Shown in pieces: positions 1-8,680 of a stretch of 64,000 nt of DNA (the stretch's first letter is position 1; each line of letters starts with the position of its first letter). Where the stretch lies: the NCBI GenBank assembly GCA_963775425.1, contig CAVZJB010000011.1, positions 576,001 through 640,000 of the forward strand. Reading direction: 5' to 3'. A program made the translations under genes and the position numbers. The notes beneath the pieces are model-generated. The model saw nothing but the letters and a program-made list of their open reading frames with translations. It was not told where the DNA came from and ran no database searches. The stretch is from an uncultured delta proteobacterium (GTDB lineage: Bacteria > Myxococcota > UBA727 > VGSZ01).

Positions 1-2
1 CG

Positions 3-839
3 AGAGGGCGAGGGAGACGCGCGCGCCGCGCGCCTCCGTGCGCCACAGCGCTGGCCGCCGCGCTCGTCGCCCTCGGGCTCGCCGGCCAGGGGCGCGCGCA
101 GCAGCGGACGACGTCGCCGGCGGTGCGCGTCGCCGTCGTCGGCTTCACGGGCGACATCACGGCGCAGGAGCTCAGCGACCTCTCCGTCGCCGTGCGTGGC
201 GCCCTCGAGAAGCTCGCCGATCCCAAGGCGCTCGCCGTGGTCACGCGCGAGGAGATGGCGCTCGTGTACCGCCAGCGCGGCTCTCCCTGCCGCCCCGACG
301 ACGTCACCTGCGTCGTGGCCGCGTCGGACCAATGGGCCGGCCGCCTCTTCGTGCGCGGCGTCGTGCGAAAGACCGGGGACGGCGTCATCGTCGGCGCCAC
401 GCTCGAGAGCGTGCGCGGCGTGCTGGTGGCCACGGCGCAGACGCCGCCGGCGCCGACGTGGGACATGGGCGTGGCCGTGCCCGCGCTGGTGCGCGAGCTC
501 GTCGCCGGCGAGGAGGCCTACCGCGAGCGCATGGCCGCCGCCGCCGCCGCGCGCGCCCCCGTGCGCTGCGCGTGCGTCGCCGCGGGCGCCACGCCCGTCG
601 CGGGCCAGCTCATCGCCAACGAGCGCGGCCTCGTCTTCGAGAGCGCGCCGGCGAGCCGCGCGCGCCGCGCGTGGCGCTATGCCTGGGCGCAGGTGGCCAA
701 GGTCGCGGCCGCGCGCGCCGGCGAGGCGCCGGCGGTGGCCCTGGAGTCCACCACCAAGGACGCGCTCACGCTGACCTTCGAGGCCGGCGACGCGCGCGAC
801 CGCTGCCTCGCCGCCGTCGACAAGAAGCGCCCGCGCTGA
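3..839 (+). CDS. Hypothetical secreted protein (5' end probably outside the window); TolB-N/CsgG-like alpha/beta N-domain plus PH/GRAM-like C-domain
   Basis: The frame of ORF 123..839 stays open to the window edge and encodes a signal-like stretch (ATALAAALVALGLAGQGRAQ) before RVAVVGF. The C-terminal GQLIANERGLVFES...YAWAQVAKV pattern is PH/GRAM-like. Domain calls are by eye. Confidence 0.5.
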   Translation, partial: RGRGRRARRAPPCATALAAALVALGLAGQGRAQQRTTSPAVRVAVVGFTGDITAQELSDLSVAVRGALEKLADPKALAVVTREEMALVYRQRGSPCRPDDVTCVVAASDQWAGRLFVRGVVRKTGDGVIVGATLESVRGVLVATAQTPPAPTWDMGVAVPALVRELVAGEEAYRERMAAAAAARAPVRCACVAAGATPVAGQLIANERGLVFESAPASRARRAWRYAWAQVAKVAAARAGEAPAVALESTTKDALTLTFEAGDARDRCLAAVDKKRPR

Positions 840-844
840 GGCCC

Positions 845-1702
845 TCACGGGAAGCTCCGGGCGATGCGCCGAAAGCCGGCGTCGACGCCGTCGTTGGCGT
901 TCCTCTCGCACTCGAACACCACGGCGCGCAGGTTCTTCGCGCGGGCGGCGACGACGTCGAAGATGCGCCAGGTGTCGTCAAGGACGGCGGTGCCGTGGGT
1001 GTCTTCGACCCACGAAAAGCCGGCCGTGTCGCGCACGCGCCCGCCGGCGACGTGGACCTCGACGACGCGCTCGAGCGGGAACGCGTCGAGGCCGAACAGG
1101 GGATCGTGTCCGGTGACGCGCTGGTACATCGCGAGGTGCGCGACGTCGAGGAGCATGCCGCTGTCGGCGCGCTCGACGACGCGCGCGAAGAACTCGAGCA
1201 GGTGGAGGTCGCCGACGAAGGCGGTGCCGGGCGGGTTCTCGGGCAGCACCTCCACGCCCGTGGCCTCGCGCAGCCGGGCGACGCCGCGGGCCATCCCAGC
1301 GGCCGCCTCGTCGACGAGGACCGGCGGCAACAGCAGCATCTGCGCACGATCGCGCGCGCCGAAGTGCCACACGCCGGCGTCGCCGCACAGCCACGCGGGC
1401 TTCATCTGCGCGACGAGGGCGTTGACGCCGGCGAGCCACGCGTCGTCGAGGTCGTCGGGCTCATGGAGGTTGACGTCGAGGAAGTGGTACGTACACGGCC
1501 GCCCGCTCTCGATCCAGGCGCGCGAAGAGGCATCCATGCCCTTGTCGATCTCGACGCCGATCTCGAGGAAGCGCGCGTGCTCGGGCCGCTCGCGCGCGAG
1601 CCGCTCGACATCGAGCGCGCCGGCGGCGGCGGCGGCGCCGTACTCGGTGCTCACGCCGATGCCGAGCCGGGGCAGCGCTGTGACACGACGGAGGAAGTCC
1701 AC
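845..1702 (-). CDS. DUF692/UPF0276 family protein (MNIO, multinuclear non-heme iron oxidative enzyme), atypical
   Basis: Motifs LGIGVS, HFLDVNL, LLLPP, ENPP, GMLLDVAHL, FPLERVVEVHVAGG, EDTH, VVFECE occur in DUF692 order. Likely GTG start at 1702 (285 aa); the longer ORF overlaps prs antisense. Confidence 0.85.
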   Translation of the reverse strand: MDFLRRVTALPRLGIGVSTEYGAAAAAGALDVERLARERPEHARFLEIGVEIDKGMDASSRAWIESGRPCTYHFLDVNLHEPDDLDDAWLAGVNALVAQMKPAWLCGDAGVWHFGARDRAQMLLLPPVLVDEAAAGMARGVARLREATGVEVLPENPPGTAFVGDLHLLEFFARVVERADSGMLLDVAHLAMYQRVTGHDPLFGLDAFPLERVVEVHVAGGRVRDTAGFSWVEDTHGTAVLDDTWRIFDVVAARAKNLRAVVFECERNANDGVDAGFRRIARSFP

Positions 1703-1835
1703 GCCGGGGACTAACCACCGCGAGGGCGCGTGCCAACGCCCTCGTCGAGAACGACCGCGGCGGGTGTTGTCATCTCGGCCCCGACGCGTGACACAGTCCG
1801 CGCGGCAGGGATCACTCGGCGGGGGCGGAGGCGAT

Positions 1836-2822
1836 ATGCGCGGCGACGGCGACGACATCAAGATCTTCGCGGGCAACTCCAACCCGGCCATGGCCGAGGC
1901 GGTGGGCCGCTTCCTCGAGACGCCGCTCGGCAAGTGCCGCGTGAACCGCTTCTCCGACGGCGAGGTGTGGGTCGAGATCGACGAGAGCGTGCGCGGCCTG
2001 CACACCTTCGTGCTGCAGTCCACGTCGCCGCCGGCCAACGAGAACCTGATGGAGCTCCTCGTCGTCATCGACGCGCTCAAGCGCGCCAGCGCCGACGAGA
2101 TCACCGCCGTCCTCCCCTACTACGGCTACGCGCGCCAGGATCGGAAGGTCGCGCCCCGCGCGCCCATCACCGCCAAGCTCGTCGCCGATCTGCTCTCTCG
2201 CGCCGGCGCCACCCGCGTCATCTCGATGGATCTGCACGCGGGCCAGATCCAGGGCTTCTTCGACGTCCCCTTCGACCACCTCTACGCCACGCCCGTGCTC
2301 ATCCAGGACATCCGCGAGCGCTTCGGCATCCAGCCGCCGGGCAACGGCAACCGGGAGGCCGACACCGACGTCGTCATCGTCGCGCCCGACGCCGGCGGCG
2401 TGGAGCGCGCGCGCTCCTACGCCAAGCGCCTGCAGTGCTCGCTCGCCATCATCGACAAGCGGCGCACGGGCCCCAACGTCGCCGAGGTCATGAACATCAT
2501 CGGCGACGTCGAGAAGAAGCGCGCCATCATCATCGACGACATGGTGGACACCGCCGGCACCCTCGCGCAGGCGGCGCGGGCGGTGATCGCCTCGGGCGCC
2601 AAGGACGTGTGGGCCTACGCCACCCACGCCGTGCTCTCGGGCCCCGCCATCGAGCGCATCGAGGGCTCGCCGCTCAAGGAGCTCGTCGTCAGCGACACCA
2701 TCGCGCTGCGAGAAAACGCCAGGAACAGCGGTCGCATCCGCGCCCTCTCGGTGGCGCCGCTCGTGGCCGAGGCCATCAAGCGCGTCCACACGGGCGAGTC
2801 CATCTCCACGCTCTTCCTTTGA
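1836..2822 (+). CDS. prs: Ribose-phosphate pyrophosphokinase
   Basis: IFAGNSN, FSDGE, PYYGYARQDRK, DLHAGQIQGFFD, PDAGGVERA, DDMVDTAGTL; GGAGG upstream of the ATG at 1836. Confidence 0.97.
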   Translation: MRGDGDDIKIFAGNSNPAMAEAVGRFLETPLGKCRVNRFSDGEVWVEIDESVRGLHTFVLQSTSPPANENLMELLVVIDALKRASADEITAVLPYYGYARQDRKVAPRAPITAKLVADLLSRAGATRVISMDLHAGQIQGFFDVPFDHLYATPVLIQDIRERFGIQPPGNGNREADTDVVIVAPDAGGVERARSYAKRLQCSLAIIDKRRTGPNVAEVMNIIGDVEKKRAIIIDDMVDTAGTLAQAARAVIASGAKDVWAYATHAVLSGPAIERIEGSPLKELVVSDTIALRENARNSGRIRALSVAPLVAEAIKRVHTGESISTLFL

Positions 2823-3202
2823 GCTGAAGGGCCGGTGAGTCACGGCGCGGCGGCGACGCGCTCGGCGGGATCGAGCGCCCGCAGGCGCGCGAGCGCCGCC
2901 GCGACGCCGGGGTCGGCCCAGCCATACGCGGCGGCGAGGGCGACGACGGCGGACCGCGCCTTCATGCGGGCGCGGACGAGGTCGTCGCCGCGGGCCGTCG
3001 CCGGGCTGCTGTCGGGGCCCGGCAGCGCCGCTGCGAGCGCGTCGAGCGCGTCGAGCGCCTTGGGCGCCGGCGCCGGCGCGGACAGCGATCCGATCGACGA
3101 GCTCGCTCGAAGCCGGCGCGCAGCTCGCGGTGAACAGCGCGCTCTTCAGCGGGAGCGGCCACGCGCCGTCGAAGTCGGCGCCACGGTGTCCCCGAGGGGG
3201 GG

Positions 3203-3231
3203 TTGACGCGGCGGGGGCGGTCGAGGACAAG
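3203..3231 (+). promoter_or_regulatory. Possible sigma70 promoter for rplY-pth
   Basis: TTGACG-N17-GACAAG, about 75 nt upstream of the rplY start; the -10 match is weak. Confidence 0.25.
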
Positions 3232-3307
3232 CCGCCCATCGATACGCCCCCCGCGAGGCGGTCCACGCTCGTCGTGTCCCGCGTGATCGAGGGGAAGGAG
3301 AAAGAGC

Positions 3308-3973
3308 ATGCCCGGTCCCATCGTCCTCGAAGCCATCCTCCGCACCGGCCACGGCAAGGGCGCCTCTCGCCGCGTTCGCGCGGCCGGCCACGTGCCCGCC
3401 ATCGTCTACGCGCGTGGCAAGCCGACGCTCTCCATCGCCGTCGGCCCCAAGGAGCTGACCAAGGCGCTCATGGGACCGCTGCGCCGAAACGTCCTCCTCG
3501 GCCTCAACATCAAGGGTGAGGGCAGCCGCACCGTGATGGTGCAGGACCTCCAGACGCACCCGGTGAAGCGCGTCGCCACGCACGTCGACTTCATCGAGGT
3601 CGCGCCCGACGCGCGCGTGCCCGTGCGCATCCCCATCGAGGTCACCGGCAAGTCCAAGGCCGTCGGTCAGGGCGCCAAGCTGACGCTCATCTCCCGCACC
3701 GTCACCCTCGAGGCCGCGGTCAACGACGTGCCCGAGAAGGTCGTCTTCGACGTCACCGACGAGGGCTTCGGCGTCATCCGCGCCAAGCAGATCAAGCTGC
3801 CGGCCGGCACCTCCCTCGTCGATGCGCCCGACACGCCCCTCATCTCCTTGAAGATCCCGCGCGGTGACAAGGAAGAGGAAGCCGCCGCCGCCGCCGCTCC
3901 GGCCGCCGAGGGCGCCGCGCCCGCGGCCGCCGCCGCTGCTCCGGCCGCCGAGGCGGACAAGAAGAAGAAGTGA
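3308..3973 (+). CDS. rplY: 50S ribosomal protein L25 / general stress protein Ctc (long form)
   Basis: GKGASRRVR, PAIVY, QTHPVK..ATHVDF, C-terminal beta domain and Ala-rich tail; AAGGAG RBS; prs-rplY-pth synteny. Confidence 0.93.
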   Translation: MPGPIVLEAILRTGHGKGASRRVRAAGHVPAIVYARGKPTLSIAVGPKELTKALMGPLRRNVLLGLNIKGEGSRTVMVQDLQTHPVKRVATHVDFIEVAPDARVPVRIPIEVTGKSKAVGQGAKLTLISRTVTLEAAVNDVPEKVVFDVTDEGFGVIRAKQIKLPAGTSLVDAPDTPLISLKIPRGDKEEEAAAAAAPAAEGAAPAAAAAAPAAEADKKKK

Positions 3974-3982
3974 CGGCGGGCC

Positions 3983-4561
3983 ATGTGGCTCGTCGCCGGG
4001 CTCGGCAATCCGGGCCGTGAGTACGAAAAGTCGCGGCACAACGTCGGCTTCATGGTCGTCGATGTGCTCGCGCGGCGGCATCGCGCGCCGTCGTCGACGT
4101 CCAAGTTCAAGGGCGAGGTCTCGCAGTGCCACATCGGCGGCGAGACCGTCCTGCTGTTGAAGCCGACGACGTTCATGAACCTGTCGGGCTCATCGGTGCA
4201 GCCGGCCATGCAGTTCTACAAGATCGCGCTCGACCACGTCGTCGTCGTCCACGACGACATGGACCTCGAGCTCGGCCAGATCAAGCTCAAGAAGGGCGGC
4301 GGCGCCGGCGGCCACAACGGCCTCAAGTCCATCGATTCGCACATCGGGCCCCACTACCTGCGCGTACGCGGCGGCATCGGCCACGCGCGCAGCGAAGGGC
4401 GGCAGGTGGTCGGCCACGTGCTCGGCGCCTTCAGGGGCAAGGACGCCGAGGAGGCCGGCATCCTCGTCGAAAACTGCGCCGACGCCGTCGAGGCGCTCAT
4501 CCAGGAAGGGCTCGAGAAGGCGCAGATGCGCTTCCACTCGCTGAAGCCGCGCGCGGGCTGA
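3983..4561 (+). CDS. pth: Peptidyl-tRNA hydrolase
   Basis: LVAGLGNPG..Y..SRHNVGF, KPTTFMNLSG, VHDDMDL, GGHNGLKSI. Confidence 0.97.
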   Translation: MWLVAGLGNPGREYEKSRHNVGFMVVDVLARRHRAPSSTSKFKGEVSQCHIGGETVLLLKPTTFMNLSGSSVQPAMQFYKIALDHVVVVHDDMDLELGQIKLKKGGGAGGHNGLKSIDSHIGPHYLRVRGGIGHARSEGRQVVGHVLGAFRGKDAEEAGILVENCADAVEALIQEGLEKAQMRFHSLKPRAG

Positions 4562-4708
4562 GCGCACCGCGTGCCGCTCACGGGAGGCGCGCGCGTCGAG
4601 GCCCGCGCGACGTCGCGGCACCCGCCCCGATGGTCGTTTGAGCAGGCCGACCGGCGAGGCGCGCGAACGTCAGGTGACGTGGGGCGAGGCTTTGCTAGGG
4701 TCCGCGCC

Positions 4709-6784
4709 ATGAAGCGCACTTCCTTCTTCGCCCTTCTCATCTCCGCGGCGCTCGCGTCGTCGGGCGCCCTCGCCGGGCAGCCCGACAGCGGCAAGACCGG
4801 CGCCGCCAAGAGCGCCCCGACCGCCCAGCACGCGCCGCTGCCGCCCGGGCTCGACGACAACGTCGGGGATTGGATGGCCAAGCCGTGCGACGACTTCTAC
4901 CGCTACGCCTGCGGCGCCTGGATCGACAAGACCGAGATCCCCGCTGACCGCTCGTCGGCGTCCAGGGGCTTCGTCCACATCGCCGAGCAAAACGAGCTCA
5001 AGCTCAAGGACATCCTCGAGCGCGCGGCGGCGGGCAAGCTCAAGAAGGGACAGCCCTTCGCCCGTCAGCTCGGCGACTACTGGGCCACCTGCATGGACGA
5101 AAAGAAGCTCGACTCGTCGCTGCCCGCGGTGAAGAAGCAGCTCGCCGCGTTCAAGGGGCTCAAGGGCAAGGCGCTCGCGACCACCATCGGCAAGCTCGAG
5201 GCCGAGGCCATCAACCCGGTGTTCGGCTTCGGCTCCATGCAGGACCTGAAGGACAGCTCCAAGGTCATCAACGGCATCAGCTCGGGCGGCCTCGGCCTGC
5301 CCGATCGCGACTACTACTTGAAGGACGACGCCAAGACCAAGGCCGTGCGCGACGCCTACGCCGCCCACGTCGCCAAGATGTTCGAGCTCCTCGGCGACAA
5401 GCCCGACGACGCCAAGAAGAAGAGCGACACCATCATGGCGTTCGAGACCCGGCTGGCCAAGGTCACGCTCACCAACGTCGACCGGCGCGACCCCGAGAAG
5501 ATCTACCACCGCGTCGAGAAGGCCGGCCTCGACAAGCTCGCGCCGTCGTTCGACTGGAAGGCCTTCTACAAGGCCATGGGCGCGCCCAAGGACAAGGAGC
5601 TCAGCGTCGAGCACCCGCCGTTCTTCGAGGAATTCGACAAGATCGTGAAGGACACGCCGCCCGAGACCTGGGAGACCTACCTGTCGTGGGTCTACGTGCG
5701 CAGCGTCGTGCCGGCGCTCCCCAAGGCCTTCCAGGACGAGACCTTCGCGTACACGTCCAAGGCGCTCACCGGCGCCAAGGAAGATCGGCCGCGCTGGAAG
5801 AAGTGCGTGTCGTTCGCCGACGGCCACCTCGGTGAGGCGCTCGGGCGCGTGTTCGTCGACGAGAACTTCGGCGCCGACGGCAAGGCGCGCACCCTCGGCA
5901 TCGTGAAGGCGCTCGAGGGGTCCATGAACGACGACCTGAAGGCCGTGACGTGGATGGACGACGGCACGCGCAAGGTCGCCCTCGAGAAGGCCTCCAAGAT
6001 GTTCAACAAGATCGGCTACCCGGACAAGTGGCGGAACTACGCGAGCTACCACACCAACCGGAAGAGCTTCCTGCAGAACTTCCTCGCCGGGAACGCGTTC
6101 GAGGCCAAGCGCGACCTGAAGAAGATCGGCAAGCCCGTCGACAAGGGCGAGTGGCAGATGACGCCGCCGACGGTGAACGCCTACAACGACCCGCAGCTCA
6201 ACCAGATCGTGTTCCCCGCGGGCATCCTGCAGCCGCCGTTCTTCAACAAGGACGCCACCGACGCCGTCAACTTCGGCGCCATGGGCATGGTCGTCGGGCA
6301 CGAGATCACCCACGGCTTCGACGACGAGGGCCGCAAGTTCGATCAGGACGGCAACCTGCGCGACTGGTGGAGCCCCGAGGCCGCCAAGAAGTTCGACGCC
6401 AAGACCGCGTGCGTGGTGAAGCAGTTCTCCGGCTACACCGCCATCGACGACATCAAGCTCAAGGGCGACCTCACGCTCGGCGAGAACACCGCCGATCTCG
6501 GCGGCCTCAAGATCTCGCTCGCGGCGATGCACAAGTACGTGAAGGAGCACCCGCTGCAGAAGTCGACGTGGACGGCGGACCAGCAGTTCTTCCTCGGTTA
6601 CGCGCAGTCGTGGTGCAGCAAGTTCCGTCCGGAGAACGTGCGCCTGCGCGCGGCCACGGACCCGCACTCGCCGCCGAGGTGGCGCGTGGACGGGCCGCTG
6701 TCGAACATGAGCGAGTTCGCCGCGGCGTTCGGCTGCAAGGCCGGCGACAAGATGGTCCGCAAGGACCGCTGCGAGATCTGGTGA
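4709..6784 (+). CDS. Secreted M13 family zinc metallopeptidase (neprilysin/PepO-like)
   Basis: Signal peptide MKRTSFFALLISAALA; PCDDFYRYACG, KIGYPD, VNAY, FPAGILQPPFF, GHEITHGFDD (HExxH), GENTADLGG, DPHSP, C-terminal CEIW. Confidence 0.95.
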   Translation: MKRTSFFALLISAALASSGALAGQPDSGKTGAAKSAPTAQHAPLPPGLDDNVGDWMAKPCDDFYRYACGAWIDKTEIPADRSSASRGFVHIAEQNELKLKDILERAAAGKLKKGQPFARQLGDYWATCMDEKKLDSSLPAVKKQLAAFKGLKGKALATTIGKLEAEAINPVFGFGSMQDLKDSSKVINGISSGGLGLPDRDYYLKDDAKTKAVRDAYAAHVAKMFELLGDKPDDAKKKSDTIMAFETRLAKVTLTNVDRRDPEKIYHRVEKAGLDKLAPSFDWKAFYKAMGAPKDKELSVEHPPFFEEFDKIVKDTPPETWETYLSWVYVRSVVPALPKAFQDETFAYTSKALTGAKEDRPRWKKCVSFADGHLGEALGRVFVDENFGADGKARTLGIVKALEGSMNDDLKAVTWMDDGTRKVALEKASKMFNKIGYPDKWRNYASYHTNRKSFLQNFLAGNAFEAKRDLKKIGKPVDKGEWQMTPPTVNAYNDPQLNQIVFPAGILQPPFFNKDATDAVNFGAMGMVVGHEITHGFDDEGRKFDQDGNLRDWWSPEAAKKFDAKTACVVKQFSGYTAIDDIKLKGDLTLGENTADLGGLKISLAAMHKYVKEHPLQKSTWTADQQFFLGYAQSWCSKFRPENVRLRAATDPHSPPRWRVDGPLSNMSEFAAAFGCKAGDKMVRKDRCEIW

Positions 6785-6788
6785 CGGA

Positions 6789-7592
6789 GTGACGACGCCC
6801 ATCGCCCTGGCAGGCCGCGTCGTCGTCATCACCGGGGCGAGCGCCGGCATCGGCAAGGCGCTCGCGCTCGAGGTCTCCCGCCGCAACGCCAAGGTGGTGC
6901 TCGCGGCGCGCCGCGAGCCCGCGCTCGCGGCGGTGGCGGCGGCGTGCCGCGAGGCGGGCGCGGCGGGCGCGGTGACGGTTCGTTGCGACGTCACCGTCCG
7001 CGCCGACGTGGAGCGGCTCGCCGGCGCCGGCGAAGAGGCCGGCGGCGCCGGCGTCTGGGTGAACAACGCGGGGCTCGGCATCACCAGGATGCCTTCGCAG
7101 ATCAGCGACGAGGACTTCGACGAGATGATGCTCGTCAACGTCAAGTCGGCGCTGTGGGGAATGCAGGCGGTGCTGCCGCACATGAAGAGGCGGAAGCGCG
7201 GGCAGGTGATGAACGTGTCGTCGATGCTCGGGCGCGTTCCGTTCGCGTTGCCGCGCGCGATGTACAGCGCGGCCAAGCACGCGCTGAACGCGCTCTCGAC
7301 GAGCATGCGCATGGAGATCCGCGCGGAGCTCCCCGACGTGTGGATCACCACCGTGTATCCGGGCGTGGTCGCCACGGACTTCGGCCTGAACGCCAGGCAC
7401 GGCGGCGTCGACAACCGCGCGCTGCCGAACGCGCAGGACGTCGACGAGGTCGCCAAGGTGATCGCCGACGCCATGGTGACCCCGCGCGCCGAGGTCTTCA
7501 CGCGGCCCGAGTACCGCCAGATGGTCGCGGGGTACTACGCGGCGGAGGACCTCACCGACGTCGAGAGCAAGCCGCCGTTTCGCCGGCCCTGA
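6789..7592 (+). CDS. Short-chain dehydrogenase/reductase
   Basis: TGASAGIG, NNAG, VSS, YSAAK (YxxxK), PGVVAT. Confidence 0.92.
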   Translation: MTTPIALAGRVVVITGASAGIGKALALEVSRRNAKVVLAARREPALAAVAAACREAGAAGAVTVRCDVTVRADVERLAGAGEEAGGAGVWVNNAGLGITRMPSQISDEDFDEMMLVNVKSALWGMQAVLPHMKRRKRGQVMNVSSMLGRVPFALPRAMYSAAKHALNALSTSMRMEIRAELPDVWITTVYPGVVATDFGLNARHGGVDNRALPNAQDVDEVAKVIADAMVTPRAEVFTRPEYRQMVAGYYAAEDLTDVESKPPFRRP

Positions 7593-7687
7593 CGCCGCGG
7601 CCCGCCCGTGCCCTCGGGGAAACACCCGGGGACGGCCGTGGCGGATCTCCGGATCGCGTGTAGGCGGCTCGCGCGTAAAAGCCGCGG

Positions 7688-8395
7688 ATGAAGCACATTG
7701 TCCTCCTCGCCATCGCGCTGATCCCGGCCTGCGCCACACCGCTCGATGACGGTGGGCCGTCCGGCGGCGGCGAGGGCGAGGGCGACGCCGGCGAGGGCGA
7801 GGGCGACGCCGGCGAGGGCGAGGGCGACGCCGGCGAGGGCGAGGGCGACGCCGGCGAGGGCGAGGGCGAGGGCGAGGGCGACATCCCCGGCCGCGAGGGC
7901 GAGGGCGAGGGCGATGTCGGCGGTGAGGGTGAGGGCGATCCCGGCAGCGAGGGCGAGGGCGAGGGCGACCCGGCCACGCCGACGTGCACCTCGAGCCACC
8001 ACTGGATCCTCGGCGACCTCGGGACGTCCCTCATGCACCCCGGCCAGAGCTGCATCCAGTGCCACGCGCAGCACGGCGGCGCGCCGCACTACTTCGCGGC
8101 GGGCACGGTCATGGGCGGCGTGCACGACGAGGACGACTGCCGCGGCGTCAGCAACGTCACCGTGCGCGTCACCGGCGCCGACGGTCAGGTGCGCGAGAGC
8201 ACCACCAACCTCAACGGCAACTTCAGCTTCGATTCGGGCATCGCGACGCCGTACACGGCGGAGATCGAGGTCGGCGGCGTGACCCGCGCGATGCTCACGC
8301 CGCAGACCGACGGCGACTGCATGTCGTGCCACACGGTGGTCGGCCGAAACCTCGCGCCGGGGCGCATCGTGGTCCCCGGGGCGCCGCTCCCCTGA
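7688..8395 (+). CDS. Diheme c-type cytochrome lipoprotein with acidic GEGEGD linker and a small beta-sandwich between the hemes
   Basis: Lipobox-like IPAC; MHPGQSCIQCH and GDCMSCH; VTVRVTGADG..TTNLNGNF is carboxypeptidase-regulatory-like. Confidence 0.8.
   Translation: MKHIVLLAIALIPACATPLDDGGPSGGGEGEGDAGEGEGDAGEGEGDAGEGEGDAGEGEGEGEGDIPGREGEGEGDVGGEGEGDPGSEGEGEGDPATPTCTSSHHWILGDLGTSLMHPGQSCIQCHAQHGGAPHYFAAGTVMGGVHDEDDCRGVSNVTVRVTGADGQVRESTTNLNGNFSFDSGIATPYTAEIEVGGVTRAMLTPQTDGDCMSCHTVVGRNLAPGRIVVPGAPLP
7769..7852 (+). repeat. 21-bp tandem repeat x4 (GGCGAGGGCGAGGGCGACGCC), coding GEGEGDA
   Basis: Four perfect copies read directly; degenerate GAGGGC units continue to about 7968. Confidence 0.92.
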
Positions 8396-8422
8396 CGGGG
8401 CCGCGCGCCGCGCCCGCGGCTC

Positions 8423-8557
8423 CTACGTAGAGGCCATGAGCACGAACAGCATGGCGACGACGCCGGCGTAGGCGGCCGACGCGAGCACGCCGAGCGTGAG
8501 CGGCGCGCGCTTCAAGGTGGGAGGATAGGCACGATAGAATTTCTCGAGCAGCGGCAT
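8423..8557 (-). CDS. Small 44-aa single-TM protein (not in the ORF track)
   Basis: ATG at 8557 with GAGG 7 nt upstream; MPLLEKFYRAYPPTLKRAPLTLGVLASAAYAGVVAMLFVLMAST*; fills an otherwise empty gap and has GC-rich third positions in the TM part. Confidence 0.55.
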   Translation of the reverse strand: MPLLEKFYRAYPPTLKRAPLTLGVLASAAYAGVVAMLFVLMAST

Positions 8558-8680
8558 AGAGCGCCTCGATGACGACGACGCCCCCTGCTCCTTCAACCTA
8601 ACGGCGCCCGCTTCGTGAGCAACCGGCCGCGCTGTCAGCGTGCCGTCCGACGCGATGCGCCTGCGCGCGACGGCGGCGCG

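Noticed and set aside
864-1835. 324-aa N-terminal extension of Prs given by the ORF track
   Set aside because: It is antisense to the DUF692 gene. The real start with an SD is at 1836.
7769-7968. Regular short repeats as a possible CRISPR array
   Set aside because: They are head-to-tail coding repeats with no unique spacers and no cas genes.
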